The position numbers and the translations under genes were made by a program. Of a stretch of DNA of 64,000 nucleotides, positions 49,901 through 64,000 are shown piece after piece. The stretch is from Eledone cirrhosa. Taxonomy: Eukaryota. The notes beneath the pieces were generated by a model. It was not told the origin of the DNA and made no database searches. It was given only the letters and a program-made list of their open reading frames with translations. The stretch covers positions 115,754,001 through 115,818,000 of the forward strand of contig OZ024744.1 in assembly GCA_964016885.1 (NCBI GenBank), in the 5' to 3' direction. Each line of letters opens with the position of its first letter. The stretch's first letter is position 1.

Positions 49901-52900
49901 TGTTGGCTATGTCTAACTTAATAGTACCACCTGGTATAGTGTTGGCTATATCTAACTTAATAGTACCACCTGGTATAGTGTTGGCTATGTCTAACTTAAT
50001 AGTACCACCTGGTATACTGTTGGCTATGTCTAACTTAATAACACCACCTGGTATAGTGTTGGCTATGTCTAACTTAATACCACCACCTGGTATAGTGTTG
50101 GACATGTCTAACTTAATAGTACCACCTGGTATAGTGTTGGCTATGTCTAACTTAATAGTACCACCTGGTATAGTGTTGGCTATGTCTAACTTACTAACAC
50201 CAACTGGTATAGTGTTGGCTATGTCTAACTTAATAGTACCGCCTGGTATAGTGTTGGACATGTCTAACTTAATAGTACCACCTGGTATAGTGTTGGCTAT
50301 GTCTAACTTAATAACAACACCTGGTATAGTGTTGGCTATGTCTAACTTAATAACAACACCGGGTATAGTGTTGGCTATGTCTAACTTAATAACAACAACT
50401 GGTATAGTGTTGGTTATGTCTAACTTAATAACACCAACTGGTATAGTGTTGGCTATGTCTAACTTAATAACACCACCTGGTATAGTGTTGGACATGTCTA
50501 ACTTAATAGTACCACCTGGTATAGTGTTGGCTATGTCTAACTTAATAATACCACCTAGTACAGTGTTGCTATGTCTAACTTAATAACACCACCTGGTATA
50601 GTGTTGGACATGTCTAACTTAATAGTAACACCTGGTATAGTGTTGGACATGTCTAACTTAATAGTACCACCTGGTATAGTGTTGGCTATGTCTAACTTAA
50701 TAACACCACCTGGTATAGTGTTGGACATGTCTAACTTAATAGTAACACCTGGTATAGTGTTGGACATGTCTAACTTAATAGTACCACCTGGTATAGTGTT
50801 GGCTATGTCTAACTTAATAACACCACCTGGTATAGTGTTGGCTATGTCTAACTTAATAACACCACCTGGTATAGTGTTAGCTATATCTAACTTAATAGTA
50901 ACACCTGGTATAGTGCTGGACATGTCTAACTTAATAGTACCATCTGGTATAGTGTTGGCTATGTCTAACTTAATAACACCAACTGGTATAGTGTTGGCTA
51001 TGTCTAACTAAATAATACCACCTGGTATAGTGTTGGACATGTCTAACTTAATAGTACCACCTGGTATTGTGTTGGACATGTCTAACTTAAAAGTACCACC
51101 TGGTATAGTGTTGGCTATGTCTAACTTAATAGTACCACCTGGTATAGTGTTGGCTATGTCTAACTTAATAGTACCACCTGGTATAGTGTTGGCTATGTCT
51201 AACTTAATAACACCACCTGGTATAGTGTTGGCTATGTCTAACTTAATAACACCAACTGGTATAGTGTTGGCTATGTCTAACTTAATAGTACCACCTGGTA
51301 TAGTGTTGGCTATATCTAACTTAATAGTACCACCTGGTATAGTGTTGGCTATGTCTAACTTAATAGTACCACCTGGTATAGTGTTGGCTATGTCTAACTT
51401 AATAGTACTACCTGGTATAGTGTTGGCTATATCTAACTTAATAGTACCACCTGGTATAGTGTTGGCTATGTCTAACTTAATAGTACCACCTGGTATACTG
51501 TTGGCTATGTCTAACTTAATAACACCACCTGGTATAGTGTTGGCTATGTCTAACTTAATAACACCAACTGGTATAGTGTTGGCTATGTCTAACTTAATAA
51601 CACCACCTGGTATAGTGTTGGCTATGTCTAACTTAATAGTACAACCTGGTATAGTGTTGGCTAATTCTAACTTAATAGTACCAGCTGGTATAGTGTTGGC
51701 TAGGTCTAACTTAATAGTACCACCTGGTATAGTGTTGGCTATGTCTAACTTAATAGTACCACCTGGTATAGTGTTGGACATGTCTAACTTAATAACACCA
51801 CCTGGTATAGTGTTGGCTATGTCTAACTTAATAACACCAACTGGTTTAGTGTTGGCTATGTCTAACTTAATAACACCACCTGGTATAGTGTTGGCTATGT
51901 CTAACTTAATAGTACCACCTGGTATAGTGTTGGCTATATCTAACTTAATAGTACCACCTGGTATAGTGTTGGCTATGTCTAACTTAATAGTACCACCTGG
52001 TATAGTGTTGGCTATGTCTAACTTAATAGTACCACCTGGTATAGTGTTGGACATGTCTAACTTAATAGTACCACCTGGTATATTGTTGGCTATATCTAAC
52101 TTAATAACACCACCTGGTATAGTGTTGGCTATGTCTAACATAATAACACCACCTGGTATAGTGTTGGTCATGTCTAACTTAATAACACCACCTGGTATAG
52201 TGTTGGCTATGTCTAACTTAATAACACCAACTAGTATAGTGTTGGCTATGTCTAACTTAATAACACCACCTGGTATAGTGTTGGCTATGTCTAACTTAAT
52301 AGTACCACCTGGTATAGTGTTGGCTATATCTAACTTAATAGTACCACCTGGTATAGTGTTGGCTATGTCTAACTTAATAACACCACCTGGTATAGTGTTG
52401 GCTATGTCTAACTTAATAGTACCACCTGGTATAGTGTTGGACATGTCTAACTTAATAACACCACCTGGTATAGTGTTGGCTATGTCTCACTTAATTGTAC
52501 CACCTGGTATAGTGTTGGCTATGTCTAACTTAATAACACCACCTGGTATAGTGTTGGACATGTCTAACTTAATAGTACCACCTGGTATAGTGTTGGCTAT
52601 GTCTAACTTAATAGTACCACCTGGTATAGTGTTGGCTATGTCTAACTTACTAACACCAACTGGTATAGTGTTGGCTATGTCTAACTTAATAGTACCACCT
52701 GGTATAGTGTTGGACATGTCTAACTTAATAACACCAACTTGTATAGTGTTGGCTATGTCTAACTTAATAGTACCACCTGGTATAGTGTTGGACATGTCTA
52801 ACATAATAGTACCACCTGGTATAGTGTTGGACATGTCTAACTTAATAGTACCACCTGGTATAGTTTTGGCTATGTCTAACTTAATAACACCACCTGGTAT

Positions 52901-55900
52901 AGTGTTGGCTATGTCTAACTTAATAACACCACCTGGTATAGTGTTGGCTATGTCTCACTTAATAGTACCACCTGGTATAGTGTTGGCTATGTCTAACTTA
53001 ATAGTACAACCTGGTATAGTGTTGGCTAATTCTAACTTAATAGTACCACCTGGTATAGTGTTGGCTATGTCTAACTTAATAGTACCACCTGGTATAGTGT
53101 TGGCTATGTCTAACTTAATAGTACCACCTGGTATAGTGTTGGACATGTCTAACTTAATAACACCACCTGGTATAGTGTTGGCTATGTCTAACTTAATAAC
53201 ACCAACTGGTTTAGTGTTGGCTATGTCTAACTTAATAACACCACCTGGTATAGTGTTGGCTATGTCTAACTTAATAGTACCACCTGGTATAGTGTTGGCT
53301 ATATCTAACTTAATAGTACCACCTGGTATAGTGTTGGCTATGTCTAACTTAATAGTACCACCTGGTATAGTGTTGGCTATGTCTAACTTAATAGTACCAC
53401 CTGGTATAGTGTTGGACATGTCTAACTTAATAGTACCACCTGGTATATTGTTGGCTATATCTAACTTAATAACACCACCTGGTATAGTGTTGGCTATGTC
53501 TAACATAATAACACCACCTGGTATAGTGTTGGTCATGTCTAACTTAATAACACCACCTGGTATAGTGTTGGCTATGTCTAACTTAATAACACCAACTAGT
53601 ATAGTGTTGGCTATGTCTAACTTAATAACACCACCTGGTATAGTGTTGGACATGTCTAACTTAATAGTACCACCTGGTATAGTGTTGGCTATATCTAACT
53701 TAATAACACCACCTGGTATAGTGTTGGACATGTCTAACTTAATAACACCACCTGGTATAGTGTTGGCTATGTCTAACTTAATAACACCAACTGGTATAGT
53801 GTTGGCTATGTCTAACTTAATAGTACCACCTGGTATAGTGTTGGCTATATCTAACTTAATAGTACCACCTGGTATAGTGTTGGCTATGTCTAACTTAATA
53901 ACACCACCTGGTATAGTGTTGGCTATGTCTAACTTAATAGTACCACCTGGTATAGTGTTGGACATGTCTAACTTAATAACACCACCTGGTATAGTGTTGG
54001 CTATGTCTCACTTAATTGTACCACCTGGTATAGTGTTGGCTATGTCTAACTTAATAACACCACCTGGTATAGTGTTGGCTATGTCTAACTTAATAACACC
54101 AACTGGTATAGTGTTGGCTATGTCTAACTTAATAACACCACCTGGTATAGTGTTGGCTATGTCTAACTTAATAGTACCACCTGGTATAGTGTTGGCTATG
54201 TCTATGTTAATAGTACCACCTGGTATAGTGTTGGCTATGTCTAACTTAATAGTACTACCTGGTATAGTGTTGGCTATATCTAACTTAATAGTACCACCTG
54301 GTATAGTGTTGGCTATGTCTAACTTAATAGTACCACCTGGTATACTGTTGGCTATGTCTAACTTAATAACACCACCTGGTATAGTGTTGGCTATGTCTAA
54401 CTTAATACCACCACCTGGTATAGTGTTGGACATGTCTAACTTAATAGTACCACCTGGTATAGTGTTGGCTATGTCTAACTTAATAGTACCACCTGGTATA
54501 GTGTTGGCTATGTCTAACTTACTAACACCAACTGGTATAGTGTTGGCTATGTCTAACTTAATAGTACCACCTGGTATAGTGTTGGACATGTCTAACTTAA
54601 TAGTACCACCTGGTATAGTGTTGGCTATGTCTAACTTAATAACAACACCTGGTATAGTGTTGGCTATGTCTAACTTAATAACAACACCTGGTATAGTATT
54701 GGCTATGTCTAACTTAATAACAACAACTGGTATAGTGTTGGCTATGTCTAACTTAATAACACCAACTGGTATAGTGTTGGCTATGTCTAACTTAATAACA
54801 CCACCTGGTATAGTGTTGGACATGTCTAACTTAATAGTACCACCTGGTATAGTGTTGGCTATGTCTAACTTAATAATACCACCTAGTACAGTGTTGCTAT
54901 GTCTAACTTAATAACACCACCTGGTATAGTGTTGGACATGTCTAACTTAATAGTAACACCTGGTATAGTGTTGGACATGTCTAACTTAATAGTACCACCT
55001 GGTATAGTGTTGGCTATGTCTAACTTAATAACACCACCTGGTATAGTGTTGGACATGTCTAACTTAATAGTAACACCTGGTATAGTGTTGGACATGTCTA
55101 ACTTAATAGTACCACCTGGTATAGTGTTGGCTATGTCTAACTTAATAACACCACCTGGTATAGTGTTGGCTATGTCTAACTTAATAACACCACCTGGTAT
55201 AGTGTTAGCTATATCTAACTTAATAGTAACACCTGGTATAGTGTTGGACATGTCTAACTTAATAGTACCATCTGGTATAGTGTTGGCTATGTCTAACTTA
55301 ATAACACCAACTGGTATAGTGTTGGCTATGTCTAACTAAATAATACCACCTGGTATAGTGTTGGACATGTCTAACTTAATAGTACCACCTGGTATTGTGT
55401 TGGACATGTCTAACTTAAAAGTACCACCTGGTATAGTGTTGGCTATGTCTAACTTAATAGTACCACCTGGTATAGTGTTGGCTATGTCTAACTTAATAGT
55501 ACCACCTGGTATAGTGTTGGCTATGTCTAACTTAATAACACCACCTGGTATAGTGTTGGCTATGTCTAACTTAATAACACCAACTGGTATAGTGTTGGCT
55601 ATGTCTAACTTAATAACACCACGTGGTATAGTGTTGGCTATGTCTAACTTAATAGTACCACCTGGTATAGTGTTGGCTATATCTAACTTAATAGTACCAC
55701 CTGGTATAGTGTTGGCTATGTCTAACTTAATAGTACCACCTGGTATAGTGTTGGCTATGTCTAACTTAATAGTACCACCTGGTATAGTGTTGGCTATATC
55801 TAACTTAATAGTACCACCTGGTATAGTGTTGGCTATGTCTAACTTAATAGTACCACCTGGTATACTGTTGGCTATGTCTAACTCAATAACACCACCTGGT

Positions 55901-58900
55901 ATAGTGTTGGCTATGTCTAACTTAATAACACCAACTGGTATAGTGTTGGCTATGTCTAACTTAATAACACCACCTGGTATAGTGTTGGCTATGTCTAACT
56001 TAATAGTACAACCTGGTATAGTGTTGGCTAATTCTAACTTAATAGTACCAGCTGGTATAGTGTTGGCTAGGTCTAACTTAATAGTACCACCTGGTATAGT
56101 GTTGGCTATGTCTAACTTAATAGTACCACCTTGTATAGTGTTGGACATGTCTAACTTAATAACACCACCTGGTATAGTGTTGGCTATGTCTAACTTAATA
56201 ACACCAACTGGTTTAGTGTTGGCTATGTCTAACTTAATAACACCACCTGGTATAGTGTTGGCTATGTCTAACTTAATAGTACCACCTGGTATAGTGTTGG
56301 CTATATCTAACTTAATAGTACCACCTGGTATAGTGTTGGCTATGTCTAACTTAATAGTACCACCTGGTATAGTGTTGGCTATGTCTAACTTAATAGTACC
56401 ACCTGGTATAGTGTTGGACATGTCTAACTTAATAGTACCACCTGGTATATTGTTGGCTATATCTAACTTAATAACACTACCTGGTATAGTGTTGGCTATG
56501 TCTAACATAATAACACCACCTGGTATAGTGTTGGTCATGTCTAACTTAATAACACCACCTGGTATAGTGTTGGCTATGTCTAACTTAATAACACCAACTA
56601 GTATAGTGTTGGCTATGTCTAACTTAATAACACCACCTGGTATAGTGTTGGCTATGTCTAACTTAATAGTACCACCTGGTATAGTGTTGGCTATATCTAA
56701 CTTAATAGTACCACCTGGTATAGTGTTGGCTATGTCTAACTTAATAACACCACCTGGTATAGTGTTGGCTATGTCTAACTTAATAGTACCACCTGGTATA
56801 GTGTTGGACATGTCTAACTTAATAACACCACCTGGTATAGTGTTGGCTATGTCTCACTTAATTGTACCACCTGGTATAGTGTTGGCTATGTCTAACTTAA
56901 TAACACCACCTGGTATAGTGTTGGACATGTCTAACTTAATAGTACCACCTGGTATAGTGTTGGCTATGTCTAACTTAATAGTACCACCTGGTATAGTGTT
57001 GGCTATGTCTAACTTACTAACACCAACTGGTATAGTGTTGGCTATGTCTAACTTAATAGTACCACCTGGTATAGTGTTGGACATGTCTAACTTAATAACA
57101 CCAACTGGTATAGTGTTGGCTATGTCTAACTTAATAGTACCACCTGGTATAGTGTTGGACATGTCTAACATAATAGTACCACCTGGTATAGTGTTGGACA
57201 TGTCTAACTTAATAGTACCACCTGGTATAGTTTTGGCTATGTCTAACTTAATAACACCACCTGGTATAGTGTTGGCTATGTCTAACTTAATAACACCACC
57301 TGGTATAGTGTTGGCTATGTCTCACTTAATAGTACCACCTGGTATAGTGTTGGCTATGTCTAACTTAATAGTACAACCTGGTATAGTGTTGGCTAATTCT
57401 AACTTAATAGTACCACCTGGTATAGTGTTGGCTATGTCTAACTTAATAGTACCACCTGGTATAGTGTTGGCTATGTCTAACTTAATAGTACCACCTGGTA
57501 TTGTGTTGGACATGTCTAACTTAATAACACCACCTGGTATAGTGTTGGCTATGTCTAACTTAATAACACCAACTGGTTTAGTGTTGGCTATGTCTAACTT
57601 AATAACACCACCTGGTATAGTGTTGGCTATGTCTAACTTAATAGTACCACCTGGTATAGTGTTGGCTATATCTAACTTAATAGTACCACCTGGTATAGTG
57701 TTGGCTATGTCTAACTTAATAGTACCACCTGGTATAGTGTTGGCTATGTCTAACTTAATAGTACCACCTGGTATAGTGTTGGACATGTCTAACTTAATAG
57801 TACCACCTGGTATATTGTTGGCTATATCTAACTTAATAACACCACCTGGTATAGTGTTGGCTATGTCTAACATAATAACACCACCTGGTATAGTGTTGGT
57901 CATGTCTAACTTAATAACACCACCTGGTATAGTGTTGGCTATGTCTAACTTAATAACACCAACTAGTATAGTGTTGGCTATGTCTAACTTAATAACACCA
58001 CCTGGTATAGTGTTGGACATGTCTAACTTAATAGTACCACCTGGTATAGTGTTGGCTATATCTAACTTAATAACACCACCTGGTATAGTGTTGGACATGT
58101 CTAACTTAATAACACCACCTGGTATAGTGTTGGCTATGTCTAACTTAATAACACCAACTGGTATAGTGTTGGCTATGTCTAACTTAATAGTACCACCTGG
58201 TATAGTGTTGGCTATATCTAACTTAATAGTACCACCTGGTATAGTGTTGGCTATGTCTAACTTAATAACACCACCTGGTATAGTGTTGGCTATGTCTAAC
58301 TTAATAGTACCACCTGGTATAGTGTTGGACATGTCTAACTTAATAACACCACCTGGTATAGTGTTGGCTATGTCTCACTTAATTGTACCACCTGGTATAG
58401 TGTTGGCTATGTCTAACTTAATAACACCACCTGGTATAGTGTTGGACATGTCTAACTTAATAGTACCACCTGGTATAGTGTTGGCTATGTCTAACTTAAT
58501 AGTACCACCTGGTATAGTGTTGGCTATGTCTAACTTACTAACACCAACTGGTATAGTGTTGGCTATGTCTAACTTAATAGTACCACCTGGTATAGTGTTG
58601 GACATGTCTAACTTAATAACACCAACTGGTATAGTGTTGGCTATGTCTAACTTAATAGTACCACCTGGTATAGTGTTGGACATGTCTAACATAATAGTAC
58701 CACCTGGTATAGTGTTGGACATGTCTAACTTAATAGTACCACCTGGTATAGTTTTGGCTATGTCTAACTTAATAACACCACCTGGTATAGTGTTGGCTAT
58801 GTCTAACTTAATAACACCACCTGGTATAGTGTTGGCTATGTCTCACTTAATAGTACCACCTGGTATAGTGTTGGCTATGTCTAACTTAATAACACCACCT

Positions 58901-61900
58901 GGTATAGTGTTGGACATGTCTAACTTAATAGTAACACCTGGTATAGTGTTAGACATGTCTAACTTAATAGTACCACCTGGTATAGTGTTGGCTATGTCTA
59001 ACTTAATAACACCACCTGGTATAGTGTTGGACATGTCTAACTTAATAACACCACCTGGTATAGTGTTGGACATGTCTAACTTAATAGTAACACCTGGTAT
59101 AGTGTTGGACATGTCTAACTTAATAGTACCACCTGGTATAGTGTTGGCTATGTCTAACTTAATAACACCACCTGGTATAGTGTTGGCTATGTCTAACTTA
59201 ATAACACCACCTGGTATAGTGTTGGCCATGTCTCACTTAATAGTACCACCTGGTATAGTGTTGGCTATGTCTAACTTAATAACACCACCTGGTATAGTGT
59301 TGGACATGTCTAACTTATTAGTAACACCTGGTATAGTGTTGGACATGTCTAACTTAATAACACCACCTGGTATAGTGTTGGCTATGTCTAACTTAATAAC
59401 ACCACCTGGTATAGTGTTGGCTATGTCTAACTTAATAGTAACACCTGGTATAGTGTTGGACATGTCTAACTTAATAATACCACCTGGTATAGTGTTGGCT
59501 ATGTCTAACTTAATAACACCAACTGGTATAGTGTTGGCTATGTCTAACTTAATAGTACCACCTGGTATAGTGTTGGACATGTCTAACATAATAGTACCAC
59601 CTGGTATAGTGTTGGACATGTCTAACTTAATAGTACCACCTGGTATAGTTTTGGCTATGTCTAACTTAATAACACCACCTGGTATAGTGTTGGACATGTC
59701 TAACTTAATAGTAACACCTGGTATAGTGTTGGACATGTCTAACTTAATAGTAACACCTGGTATAGTGTTGGACATGTCTAACTTAATAGTAACACCTGGT
59801 ATAGCGTTGGACATGTCTAACTTAATAGTACCACCTAGTACAGTGTTGGCTATGTCTAACTTAATAACACCACCTGGTATAGTGTTGGACATGTCTAACT
59901 TAATAGTAACACCTGGTATAGTGTTGGACATGTCTAACTTAATAGTAACACCTGGTATAGTGTTGGACATGTCTAACTTAATAGTAACACCTGGTATAGT
60001 GTTGGACATGTCTAACTTAATAGTACCACCTGGTATAGTGTTGGCTTTATCTAACTTAATAACACCACCTGGTATAGTGTTGGCTATGTCTAACTTAATA
60101 ACACCACGTGGTATAGTGTTGGACATGTCTAACTTATTAGTAACACCTGGTATAGTGTTGGACATGTCTAACTTAATAGTATCACCTGGTATAGTGTTGG
60201 CTATGTCTAACTTAATAACACCACCTGGTATTGTGTTGGCTATGTCTAACTTAATAACACCACCTGATATAGTGTTGGCTATATCTAACTTAATAGTAAC
60301 ACCTGGTATAGTGTTGGCTATGTCTAACTTAATAACACCACCTGGTATAGTGTTGGCTATGTCTAACTTAATAACACCACCTGGTATAGTGTTGGCTATG
60401 TCTAACTTAATAGTAACACCTGGTATAGTGTTGGACATGTCTAACTTAATAGTACCACCTGGTATAGTGTTGGCTATGTCTAACTTAATAACACCAACTG
60501 GTATAGTGTTGGCTATGTCTAACTTAATAGTACCACCTGGTATAGTGTTGGCTATGTCTAACTTAATAACACCACCTGGTATAGTGTTGGCTTTGTCTAA
60601 CTTAATAGTACCACCTGGTATAGTGTTGGCTATGTCTAACTGAATAACACCAACTGGTATAGTGTTGGACATGTCTAACTTAATAGTACCACCTGGTATA
60701 GTGTTGGCTATGTCTAACTTAATAACACCACCTGGTATAGTGTTGGCTATGTCTAACTTAATAGTACCACCTGGTATAGTGTTGGCTATGTCTAACTTAA
60801 TAACACCACCTGGTATAGTGTTGGCTATGTCTAACTTAATAGTACCACCTGGTATAGTGTTGGACATGTCTAACATAATAGTACCACCTGGTATAGTGTT
60901 GGACATGTCTAACTTAATAGTACCACCTGGTATAGTTTTGGCTATGTCTAACTTAATAACACCACCTGGTATAGTGTTGGCTATGTCTAACTTAATAACA
61001 CCACCTGGTATAGTGTTGGCTATGTCTCACTTAATAGTACCACCTGGTATAGTGTTGGCTATGTCTAACTTAATAACACCACCTGGTATAGTGTTGGACA
61101 TGTCTAACTTAATAGTAACACCTGGTATAGTGTTAGACATGTCTAACTTAATAGTACCACCTGGTATAGTGTTGGCTATGTCTAACTTAATAACACCACC
61201 TGGTATAGTGTTGGACATGTCTAACTTAATAACACCACCTGGTATAGTGTTGGACATGTCTAACTTAATAGTAACACCTGGTATAGTGTTGGACATGTCT
61301 AACTTAATAGTACCACCTGGTATAGTGTTGGCTATGTCTAACTTAATAACACCACCTGGTATAGTGTTGGCTATGTCTAACTTAATAACACCACCTGGTA
61401 TAGTGTTGGCCATGTCTCACTTAATAGTACCACCTGGTATAGTGTTGGCTATGTCTAACTTAATAACACCACCTGGTATAGTGTTGGACATGTCTAACTT
61501 ATTAGTAACACCTGGTATAGTGTTGGACATGTCTAACTTAATAACACCACCTGGTATAGTGTTGGCTATGTCTAACTTAATAACACCACCTGGTATAGTG
61601 TTGGCTATGTCTAACTTAATAGTAACACCTGGTATAGTGTTGGACATGTCTAACTTAATAATACCACCTGGTATAGTGTTGGCTATGTCTAACTTAATAA
61701 CACCAACTGGTATAGTGTTGGCTATGTCTAACTTAATAGTACCACCTGGTATAGTGTTGGACATGTCTAACATAATAGTACCACCTGGTATAGTGTTGGA
61801 CATGTCTAACTTAATAGTACCACCTGGTATAGTTTTGGCTATGTCTAACTTAATAACACCACCTAGTACAGTGTTGGCTATGTCTAACTTAATAACACCA

Positions 61901-64000
61901 CCTGGTATAGTGTTGGACATGTCTAACTTAATAGTAACACCTGGTATAGTGTTGGACATGTCTAACTTAATAGTAACACCTGGTATAGTGTTGGACATGT
62001 CTAACTTAATAGTAACACCTGGTATAGTGTTGGACATGTCTAACTTAATAGTACCACCTGGTATAGTGTTGGCTTTATCTAACTTAATAACACCACCTGG
62101 TATAGTGTTGGCTATGTCTAACTTAATAACACCACGTGGTATAGTGTTGGACATGTCTAACTTATTAGTAACACCTGGTATAGTGTTGGACATGTCTAAC
62201 TTAATAGTATCACCTGGTATAGTGTTGGCTATGTCTAACTTAATAACACCACCTGGTATTGTGTTGGCTATGTCTAACTTAATAACACCACCTGATATAG
62301 TGTTGGCTATATCTAACTTAATAGTAACACCTGGTATAGTGTTGGCTATGTCTAACTTAATAACACCACCTGGTATAGTGTTGGCTATGTCTAACTTAAT
62401 AACACCACCTGGTATAGTGTTGGCTATGTCTAACTTAATAGTAACACCTGGTATAGTGTTGGACATGTCTAACTTAATAGTACCACCTGGTATAGTGTTG
62501 GCTATGTCTAACTTAATAACACCAACTGGTATAGTGTTGGCTATGTCTAACTTAATAGTACCACCTGGTATAGTGTTGGCTATGTCTAACTTAATAACAC
62601 CACCTGGTATAGTGTTGGCTTTGTCTAACTTAATAGTACCACCTGGTATAGTGTTGGCTATGTCTAACTGAATAACACCAACTGGTATAGTGTTGGACAT
62701 GTCTAACTTAATAGTACCACCTGGTATAGTGTTGGCTATGTCTAACTTAATAACACCACCTGGTATAGTGTTGGCTATGTCTAACTTAATAACACCACCT
62801 GGTATAGTGTTGGCTATGTCTAACTTAATAACACCAACTGGTATAGTGTTGGCTATGTCTAACTTAATAGTACCACCTGGTATAGTGTTGGCTATATCTA
62901 ACTTAATAGTACCACCTGGTATAGTGTTGGCTATGTCTAACTTAATAGTACCACCTGGTATAGTGTTGGCTATGTCTAACTTAATAGTACCACCTGCTAT
63001 AGTGTTGGCTATGTCTAACTTAATAGTACCACCTGGTATAGTGTTGGCTATGTCTAACTTAATAACACCACCTGGTATAGTGTTGGACATGTCTAACTTA
63101 ATAACACCACCTGGTATAGTGTTGGCTATGTCTAACTTAATAGTACCACCTGGTATAGTGTTGGCTATGTCTAACTTAATAGTACCACCTGGTATAGTGT
63201 TGGCTATGTCTAACTTAATAACACCACCTGGTATAGTGTTGGCTATGTCTAACTTAATAGTACCACCTGGTATAGTGTTGGACATGTCTAACATAATAGT
63301 ACCACCTGGTATAGTGTTGGACATGTCTAACTTAATAGTACCACCTGGTATAGTTTTGGCTATGTCTAACTTAATAACACCACCTGGTATAGTGTTGGCT
63401 ATGTCTAACTTAATAACACCACCTGGTATAGTGTTGGCTATGTCTCACTTAATAGTACCACCTGGTATAGTGTTGGCTATGTCTAACTTAATAACACCAC
63501 CTGGTATAGTGTTGGACATGTCTAACTTAATAGTAACACCTGGTATAGTGTTAGACATGTCTAACTTAATAGTACCACCTGGTATAGTGTTGGCTATGTC
63601 TAACTTAATAACACCACCTGGTATAGTGTTGGACATGTCTAACTTAATAACACCACCTGGTATAGTGTTGGACATGTCTAACTTAATAGTAACACCTGGT
63701 ATAGTGTTGGACATGTCTAACTTAATAGTACCACCTGGTATAGTGTTGGCTATGTCTAACTTAATAACACCACCTGGTATAGTGTTGGCTATGTCTAACT
63801 TAATAACACCACCTGGTATAGTGTTGGCTATGTCTAACTTAATAGTAACACCTGGTATAGTGTTGGACATGTCTAACTTAATAATACCACCTGGTATAGT
63901 GTTGGCTATGTCTAACTTAATAACACCAACTGGTATAGTGTTGGCTATGTCTAACTTAATAGTACCACCTGGTATAGTGTTGGACATGTCTAACATAATA
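31979..64000. repeat. 39-bp tandem satellite, about 820 copies, runs off the window end
   Basis: The unit is AACTTAATA(GT/AC)ACCACCTGGTATAGTGTTGG(CT/AC)ATGTCT. It explains all the 13-aa repeat ORFs on both strands. Confidence 0.99.

Noticed and set aside
32411-63996. Giant 13-aa repeat proteins as real CDS
   Set aside because: They are a by-product of a stop-free 39-bp unit. Both strands are open, stops and frameshifts are propagated by duplication, and there is no unique domain.

Overview
This is repeat-saturated, AT-rich eukaryotic DNA with no intact host gene, rRNA, tRNA gene or CRISPR array that I can support. From memory, the SINE and MITE families resemble those of octopod cephalopods, but that assignment is unverified. 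About 70% of the window is tandem satellite: a 47-bp array (1-7030), a 40-bp array with an internal inversion (11395-16628) and a 39-bp array (31979 to the window end). The 39-bp array generates all the long repeat ORFs in the track. The rest is decayed mobile DNA: a Penelope-like RT relic, tRNA-derived SINEs, two hAT MITEs and four RTE-clade LINE copies. The main structure is a 12.2-kb nest inside a TTAA-flanked MITE (16906-29060). Its 72-bp terminal unit expanded in tandem, two divergent RTE LINEs inserted at the same ATACT position of adjacent units, and one LINE was then split by a complete Ty3/Gypsy element. Also notable are a PHD-type zinc finger inside the RTE ORF, a SINE built from two LINE families present in the window, and quasi-palindrome-linked variation in the satellites. 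All counts and alignments were done by eye.
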